From NCBI GenBank assembly GCA_035473115.1, contig DATION010000001.1, positions 461 to 64,460 on the forward strand: DNA of 64,000 nt, given 5' to 3'. A model generated the notes under the pieces. The model saw only the letters and a program-made list of their open reading frames with translations, was not told the origin of the DNA and searched no databases. Positions 58,645 through 64,000 of this stretch are shown in pieces (position 1 is the stretch's first letter; every line of letters starts with the position of its first letter). The translations under genes were made by a program, and so were the position numbers. The DNA comes from Candidatus Udaeobacter sp. Lineage in GTDB: Bacteria; Patescibacteriota; Patescibacteriia; Magasanikbacterales; GWA2-37-8.

Positions 58645-58661
58645 AGTTTATAAAGAGCGGT

Positions 58662-59042
58662 ATGAATATTTTGGCCATAGATTATGGCAGTAAAAATATT
58701 GGTTTGGCGCGTACTTCGACCAGTGTCGACGTGGTACTACCTTTTGGTAGGCTTGAAAATAAAAACGCAGATTTTGTTAAACAAAAATTAATTGAGACGA
58801 TAACTAAAGAAAAAATAGATAAACTGGTGGTTGGTTTGCCATTTGGTTTAGATGGGACTGAAAATAAAAATACGGAACGGATAAGAGATTTTATTGATGA
58901 TCTGAAAAAACAAATTGATATTCCAATTGAGTTTGTGACTGAAGTTTTTTCTTCTCAAGCCGGAGATAGAATGGGTGCGGGTGTAAGCCGAGACGAAAAA
59001 GCTGCCATGATAATTTTGCAAAATTATTTGGTTAAAAGATGA
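58662..59042 (+). CDS. ruvX: Holliday-junction resolvase-like YqgF/RuvX
   Basis: ILAIDYGSKNIGLA N-terminus. Confidence 0.8.
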   Translation: MNILAIDYGSKNIGLARTSTSVDVVLPFGRLENKNADFVKQKLIETITKEKIDKLVVGLPFGLDGTENKNTERIRDFIDDLKKQIDIPIEFVTEVFSSQAGDRMGAGVSRDEKAAMIILQNYLVKR

Positions 59043-59045
59043 AAT

Positions 59046-59654
59046 ATGCTAGCTGTTGTTTTGGCCAGAAAAAATTGGCGCGAATTTGATCAGATGATTT
59101 CGCTATATACTCAGCAGCAAGGGAAGATTGAAGTTTTGGCCAAAGGAATCAAAAAAATTATCAGTAAAAATTCTTCTAATTTAGAAATTTTATCTTTAGT
59201 TGAAGCGGAGTTTGCTCAAGGCAAAGAAATAGACTATTTGACCAAAGTTCAGCCTGTAAAAATTTTTAAAAATATTTATTCTTATGCCGATAAAATGTTT
59301 ATCGCTAGTTTTGTGGTAAAAATTATTGATACTAATACTTTGCCCCAAGAAAAAGACGAAAATATTTTTAATTTACTATTAAGTTTTTTAGAGTTTTTAA
59401 ATTCAGCGGCAGCAGTTAATCCTTTAAATTTGGCGATCGGATTTATTTTTAAATTTTGGCAATGTTTGGGTTTTGGTACTGAGCAAGCAGATAAAGATAT
59501 TTGGCTGCGAGGGAATTGGCTGGAAATAAACGAGCTTCCACAAACAAAAAATGAACAGTTGAAAACATATGAGTTTGCCAAAAATTTTGCTGTAGCTAAT
59601 GGCGGCAAGATTTTAACTGATTGGTCGATTGTGAATAAAATATTTGACTTCTAA
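59046..59654 (+). CDS. recO: DNA repair protein RecO (probable)
   Basis: RecO-like N-terminal OB-fold pattern. 202 aa. Confidence 0.55.
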   Translation: MLAVVLARKNWREFDQMISLYTQQQGKIEVLAKGIKKIISKNSSNLEILSLVEAEFAQGKEIDYLTKVQPVKIFKNIYSYADKMFIASFVVKIIDTNTLPQEKDENIFNLLLSFLEFLNSAAAVNPLNLAIGFIFKFWQCLGFGTEQADKDIWLRGNWLEINELPQTKNEQLKTYEFAKNFAVANGGKILTDWSIVNKIFDF

Positions 59655-59718
59655 TTATAACAGTGTTATCATTTTGAGAATTTGGGGCAAAAACAACTTG
59701 CTTTAGGATGGCAAAAAG

Positions 59719-60012
59719 ATGAACGCTCAAACTTTTCAAAAAGCTGTCGCAGCCTACATTCGTTACCGGCCATATACTGAACCTGAATGTGACAGATTTG
59801 ATCTTGAGAGAGTGCTTCAGTTATGTGCAATTCTTGCTGGTCCAGAAACCAAGGAGCAAAAGATCATCAAGATCAAAAGTTGGGCAGCAGACCCAGTTCA
59901 ACCTTGGTATGAGACCAAGCAAGGTGAAAAAAAGATCGCTCACCAAGCTGAGCGTGAGCAAGTTCTTCGTTATATAGAAGAACAGCTCCAGGAGGTAAAG
60001 TATGCGTCTTAG
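59719..60012 (+). CDS. Hypothetical protein
   Basis: 97 aa. Followed by a CCTTGC...GCAAGG hairpin with T-run. Confidence 0.4.
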   Translation: MNAQTFQKAVAAYIRYRPYTEPECDRFDLERVLQLCAILAGPETKEQKIIKIKSWAADPVQPWYETKQGEKKIAHQAEREQVLRYIEEQLQEVKYAS

Positions 60013-60158
60013 CAGATTTTTGTCACCCCCGCCCAAGCGGAAGATAGGCAAAAATTGCCGGCGCGACCCTTGCTCCAGAAATGGCGCAAGGTTTTCTTTT
60101 TCACTTGCTATTTTTAGGCAAAATGATAAGATAAAATGGTTATAAGCTAATCATTATT

Positions 60159-61451
60159 ATGCAAGTTTTTATTAAAAATTTGATGGATTTGGTGGGTCAG
60201 GAGGTAGAAATTAAAGGCTGGTTATATAATAAACGATCTTCCGGGCCGATCTCTTTTTTGGAGTTGCGTGATGGCACGGGCTGGATACAGGCAGTAGCGG
60301 TAAAATCTGGTTTAAGTGAAGAAGTATGGGCTTTGGTAGACAAAGCTAGTCAGGAGTCTTCAGTGGTAGTTGTGGGAACTGTCAGCAAGCATCCAAAAAA
60401 AGAAAATGTTTATGAATTACAGGTAAAAGATTTTAAGATTATTCAATTAGCCCAAGAATACCCAATTGCTCACAAAGAGCACGGGCCAGATTTTTTGATG
60501 GATAATCGCCATTTATGGCTGCGCAGCAAAAGGCAGTGGGCAATTTTGCGCGTCCGTGACGCCATCATCACCGCCATAGGCGAATACTTGCATCAGCAAA
60601 ATTTTATTAAAGTTGATTCGCCAGTGTTTACTCCTAATGCTTGTGAAGGTACTTCTACGCTTTTTCCGGTTCCATATTTTGATATCGGCACTGCTTACTT
60701 GTCTCAATCCGGTCAACTATATATAGAAGCAGCTATTGCTTCGGTTGGCCGATGTTATGATTTTGGTCCGGTATTTAGAGCGGAAAAGAGTAAAACCAAA
60801 CGCCACTTAACAGAATTTTGGATGATGGATGCCGAAGCGGCTTTTGTAGAGCATGCAGAAAATTTAAAAATTCAAGAAGGATTAGTACGGCATATTATTC
60901 GTTACTGTTTAAAAAATTGTTTGGAAGAATTACAAATTTTAGAACGCAATCTTGAGCCTTTGCAAAAAGCTGATCAGCCGTTTACTCATTATACTTATGA
61001 TCAGGCGATTGCTAAATTGCATGAAGTTGGTTCGGATATTAAGTATGGCGAAGATTTGGGCAATGATGACGAAGGTTTGCTTACCAAAGACTCGGCTGTA
61101 CCGGTATTTATTACCAAGTGGCCAAAAACAATCAAGCCTTTTTATATGAAGCGTGATCCGGAAAATACCGAGCTCGTCTTAAATGATGATTTGATTGCTA
61201 CCGAAGGCGCTGGTGAGCTGATTGGCGGTAGTCAGCGTGAAGATGATTTTGATTTATTGTTATCTAGAATAAAAGCTGAAGGTCTGGACGAGTCTGATTA
61301 TGATTGGTATCTGGATTTACGCAAATATGGCAGTGTGCCGCATTCTGGTTTTGGTATTGGTCTAGAGCGCACGGTGCGTTGGATTACGGGCGTAGAACAT
61401 ATTCGAGAATGTATTCCTTTTCCTCGGACTATTGGTAGGTTGAGACCATAA
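60159..61451 (+). CDS. asnS: Asparagine--tRNA ligase
   Basis: Class IIb. GGSQRE and VPHSGFGIGLER...IPFPR closely match AsnRS motif 3. Confidence 0.8.
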   Translation: MQVFIKNLMDLVGQEVEIKGWLYNKRSSGPISFLELRDGTGWIQAVAVKSGLSEEVWALVDKASQESSVVVVGTVSKHPKKENVYELQVKDFKIIQLAQEYPIAHKEHGPDFLMDNRHLWLRSKRQWAILRVRDAIITAIGEYLHQQNFIKVDSPVFTPNACEGTSTLFPVPYFDIGTAYLSQSGQLYIEAAIASVGRCYDFGPVFRAEKSKTKRHLTEFWMMDAEAAFVEHAENLKIQEGLVRHIIRYCLKNCLEELQILERNLEPLQKADQPFTHYTYDQAIAKLHEVGSDIKYGEDLGNDDEGLLTKDSAVPVFITKWPKTIKPFYMKRDPENTELVLNDDLIATEGAGELIGGSQREDDFDLLLSRIKAEGLDESDYDWYLDLRKYGSVPHSGFGIGLERTVRWITGVEHIRECIPFPRTIGRLRP

Positions 61452-61483
61452 AAGAGGTCAAAGAAAATCAAGTTAAACAAAAA

Positions 61484-61557
61484 AACCGCTAATCTTAGCG
61501 GTTTTTTTGTTTTATAACAATAGGAGTATTGACTAAAAGTTAAAAGTAGTATATATT
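61484..61557 (+). promoter_or_regulatory. Cassette 1 terminator-promoter unit
   Basis: Hairpin ACCGCTAA-TCT-TAGCGGT with A6/T7 flanks (also the asnS terminator). Then TTGACT (61529), 17-nt spacer, TATATT (61552). Confidence 0.6.
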
Positions 61558-61602
61558 TGTGGCGCATGGCAACACGCCATGAATGCTAACAAGGAGATAT
61601 AG

Positions 61603-62124
61603 ATGAAGACCCTTCTGTTGACACTGGCATTCCTCCTCCCGATGGTAGCCCCTGGCTGTGCCATAGAGCCCGAAGGAGGCAGTGCCCCACCCGATGCGAG
61701 TGCGGCTCCGGCTCCGACTGCTGACAAGCCGACGGCCAGTACTCGTACGTCAGATCCCGATGAGGGGTTTCGCCAGGACTGCGACTGGTTTCCAGATCAG
61801 CAGGTCTGCGGGGAAGATGGCGGAGGCGGTGGTGGTGGAGGTGGCGGCGGAGGCGGTGGTTCGTCATGCTGGATGAGCTGCTCACCTTACACGTGTTGGC
61901 TCTACCTGGATGGTGCCCTTCATTGGACGTTCCAGTGTACTACTGGTTCGGGAAACAGCACCTGCTCAAGTTCGGGGTGCGGTTCATGTCCGGCTCAGGG
62001 CGTGACCCCAGGATGCATCACCGGTTGTGGCAATGGTGGGGGGGACGACTACGCTCTGGCATTGTGCCGAGCTACTTGCTGGATCAATTCAACCTCTACA
62101 TGCTCAGGTGGCTACACGTCATAG
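61603..62124 (+). CDS. GC-rich secreted Cys-rich protein with a poly-Gly tract (paralog of 63218-63724)
   Basis: Signal peptide ending APGC. Pro/Ala-rich linker. G16 run. C-terminal domain with about 14 Cys. AGGAG SD. Confidence 0.6.
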   Translation: MKTLLLTLAFLLPMVAPGCAIEPEGGSAPPDASAAPAPTADKPTASTRTSDPDEGFRQDCDWFPDQQVCGEDGGGGGGGGGGGGGGSSCWMSCSPYTCWLYLDGALHWTFQCTTGSGNSTCSSSGCGSCPAQGVTPGCITGCGNGGGDDYALALCRATCWINSTSTCSGGYTS

Positions 62125-62189
62125 TAACTTAGTGTATTAGTAGAACCGCACCGCGCAAGTGGTGACGCTTCTCCGATACTAGATGGCCC

Positions 62190-62235
62190 GGACCCGGTGC
62201 AGCACGAAGTGCAGCCCGGGTCCTTTGTTTTATTG
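62190..62235 (+). terminator. GC-rich terminator of cassette 1
   Basis: GGACCCGG...CCGGGTCC followed by TTTGTTTTATT. Confidence 0.55.
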
Positions 62236-62286
62236 ATCAATTTTAAAATAATTTCTAAGATTTTTATAAAAAATTAAATTTAATGT

Positions 62287-62367
62287 ATAGAAAAATCGCT
62301 AATTTTAGCGATTTTTTTGTATTTTTTACAAAAGGGTATTGACAAAAAAATTAAAATAGTGTATATT
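62287..62367 (+). promoter_or_regulatory. Cassette 2 terminator-promoter unit
   Basis: Hairpin ATCGCTAA-TTT-TAGCGAT with A/T flanks. Then TTGACA (62339), 17-nt spacer, TATATT (62362): a perfect consensus -35. Confidence 0.6.
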
Positions 62368-62437
62368 TCTTTTCGCCTGGCAATTAGTTGTCGGGTACGC
62401 GGCGATCATGCCGTGGTTACAGGAGGTTCTAGTAAGA

Positions 62438-62623
62438 ATGAAGAAGGCAATCAAGACGTCGCTCACGTTGAACAGCGAGACCGTTCGGCAGCTCGGCACC
62501 ACCGAGCTGAAGGGGGTCGTCGGCGGTTACCAAACCGCCACCCGTGGCAACACGGACTGTGCCTCCGAAGCGACGGGGTGCTACACGACCGAATGGTCGT
62601 GTCCGGGCTGGAGCTGCTGGTAG
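62438..62623 (+). CDS. Double-glycine-leader peptide precursor (bacteriocin- or RiPP-like), 61 aa
   Basis: AGGAGG SD 10 nt upstream. Leader MKKAIKTSLTLNSETVRQLGTTELKGVVGG fits the LxxxELxxVxGG motif. The 31-aa core is Thr/Ser-rich with 4 Cys (...EWSCPGWSCW). Confidence 0.55.
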   Translation: MKKAIKTSLTLNSETVRQLGTTELKGVVGGYQTATRGNTDCASEATGCYTTEWSCPGWSCW

Positions 62624-62948
62624 CAGCCACACCCCTTGATTCCATCACCGAATGGAAACCACCAACAATGGGAGGGCATAATATGCGAACATCGAACCAG
62701 TGACCTTTGGCTATCGTCGCACGAGATCCGTTCGTTTCGAGAAGTTTGGCGACTGTTGGTCGCCTGGTTACATGGTTACGAAAATCGCTGACCTTCCGCA
62801 AGGATCAGTCAGCACCGCTGCCCATCACTGATGGGCAAACACACGAACGGAGCTCCGCAAGAGCTCCGAAACAGTGAGGACAACTGAGTGTGTCCGGAGA
62901 AGCTCGGCCGCGCAAGCAGCAGTACTTCTCCGACACCACACGACCCCG

Positions 62949-62983
62949 ACCCGGTGCACGAGCACCGGGTTCTCTGTTTTTAT
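62949..62983 (+). terminator. GC-rich terminator of cassette 2
   Basis: CCCGGTGC-ACGA-GCACCGGG followed by TTCTCTGTTTTTATT. Confidence 0.55.
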
Positions 62984-63081
62984 TAAGGAGTTGTTAAGAT
63001 TAAATCGGCCTTTTATTTTATTTATTATTTTCAATAATTTTTGATATTTTAGTAAAAAATTAAATTTGACTTGGAGAAAAA

Positions 63082-63159
63082 ACTGCTAGCTCTAGTGGTT
63101 TTTTTGGTTTTATAAAAATGGAGAGGGGTATTGACCGAAAGTCAAAAGTAGTGTATATT
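63082..63159 (+). promoter_or_regulatory. Cassette 3 terminator-promoter unit
   Basis: Hairpin ACTGCTAG-CTC-TAGTGGT with A6/T7 flanks. Then TTGACC (63131), 17-nt spacer, TATATT (63154). Confidence 0.55.
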
Positions 63160-63217
63160 TGCTCCGCCCAACAATTTTGTTTGGGTACAGTAACCTCCCC
63201 CCGTATAGGAGATACAA

Positions 63218-63724
63218 GTGCAGAATAGTGTCAAGAAGAAGTTTGAGATCATGAAGACGGCAGCGTTCGTTCTGGCTCTGGCCTCAGGCTCCGCCTGTGC
63301 CATTCCCGACGGACCCAACACCTCAGATGCGGGTACCGATCCCACTGGGAGTTCCACGGTGTCGTTGCAAGAGCAGCAGGACTGCAATGCCGACCCATCA
63401 TCATGTTGGGGAGGTGGCGGTGACCCCAGTGGTGGAGGAGGTGGTGGCGGCGGAGGAGGTGCGGTGTGCGTTGCAGATACATGTTACCCCAAACTGTGTT
63501 CGTACGATCAGGATACGCACGGAAATTGGGGGTATTGGTGCATTAAGCACCCAGCTGCCGACGCGGGCTGCTATTCGAGTGGGTGCAACAAGTGCGCGCC
63601 TGCAGCTGCGGGTGCGAACAAGCCCTGTTTTGATCACTGCTACACCCTTCCTACTCAATACCAATGGGCGGTGTGCGCGGCAGGTTGCGGAAACTCAACT
63701 CCCAGCGTCTGTGTCAGCATTTGA
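63218..63724 (+). CDS. GC-rich secreted Cys-rich protein with a poly-Gly tract (paralog of 61603-62124)
   Basis: GTG start 5 nt after an AGGAGA SD. Signal peptide ...LALASGSAC. G-rich run. C-terminal domain with about 14 Cys. Confidence 0.55.
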   Translation: MQNSVKKKFEIMKTAAFVLALASGSACAIPDGPNTSDAGTDPTGSSTVSLQEQQDCNADPSSCWGGGGDPSGGGGGGGGGGAVCVADTCYPKLCSYDQDTHGNWGYWCIKHPAADAGCYSSGCNKCAPAAAGANKPCFDHCYTLPTQYQWAVCAAGCGNSTPSVCVSI

Positions 63725-63911
63725 GACGCTGGCCCCTTTCGATCCTATGGCATGACATAGTCAGCTAGGCTCGTCCTAGCTGGCGCCCACACTGGATGGG
63801 CAAATCACACGCGTTCTTCGGAGCGCGCGAACAAGTGAGAACAACTGAACGGTCGTTCGGAGGAGTGCCACGCGCAAGCGATTGGCGTTGCTCCGACACC
63901 AGATGACCCCG

Positions 63912-63950
63912 ACCCGGCGCAGCACCAAGAGTGTAGCGCCGGGTCTCTGT
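63912..63950 (+). terminator. GC-rich terminator of cassette 3
   Basis: ACCCGGCGC...GCGCCGGGT followed by CTCTGTATTTAT. Confidence 0.5.
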
Positions 63951-64000
63951 ATTTATAGGCATATTCAATTGACAAAGACTTATCGTTCAACTATACTGCT

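Noticed and set aside
62317-62801. ORFs 62317-62703 (+) and 62463-62801 (-) around the GG-leader peptide gene
   Set aside because: The first begins upstream of the promoter and crosses it. The second is antisense. The SD-preceded ATG at 62438 in the peptide frame is the supported start.

Overview
Low-GC (roughly 36-38% by eye) bacterial chromosome segment, mostly densely packed housekeeping genes. The gene content points to a small CPR/Patescibacteria-like genome (inference): rpsE is followed directly by rplO with no L30, ProRS is short (412 aa), several ribosomal proteins carry terminal extensions, and a 2,000-aa surface protein sits inside the str operon. A precise lineage cannot be assigned from sequence alone.

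Layout:
- 1-5.5 kb: minus-strand deoxynucleotide module (tmk, folA, thyA, dut, a P-loop kinase, dCMP deaminase, a short pyruvate kinase).
- 5.6-11.4 kb: rplA, an orphan PspF-like sigma-54 activator, and transport/hydrolase genes.
- 12.5-21 kb: accessory region with visibly elevated GC (about 45-60%). It holds a secreted RCC1-repeat protein, an avidin/streptavidin-family protein, VOC/DUF1801/YdeI/SemiSWEET genes, an XRE-ImmA regulator pair with palindromic operators, a 4-gene ubiquitin-like conjugation operon (Ubl, E2-like, JAB, E1), and tRNA-Asn.
- 21-30 kb: proS, then two GC-rich genes on the minus strand, then trpS, tgt, uvrD.
- 30.8-61.5 kb: str/S10/spc ribosomal superoperon (rpsL through secY, then adk, map), interrupted by a giant surface protein plus a MacB-type ABC transporter; then ruvX, recO, asnS.
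- 61.5-64 kb: three tandem GC-rich cassettes.

The most unusual signal is a recurring cassette architecture. At least six GC-rich (about 60%) ORFs are each embedded in AT-rich, host-type expression signals: an A-run/hairpin/T-run terminator, a near-consensus TTGACA-17-TATATT/TAAGAT promoter, and an AGGAG Shine-Dalgarno. Most encode secreted or Cys-rich products; one is a double-glycine-leader peptide. Two of the terminators form a perfect 35-bp direct repeat, and the three tandem copies share a conserved 3' UTR.

No CRISPR array, transposase or integrase was seen.
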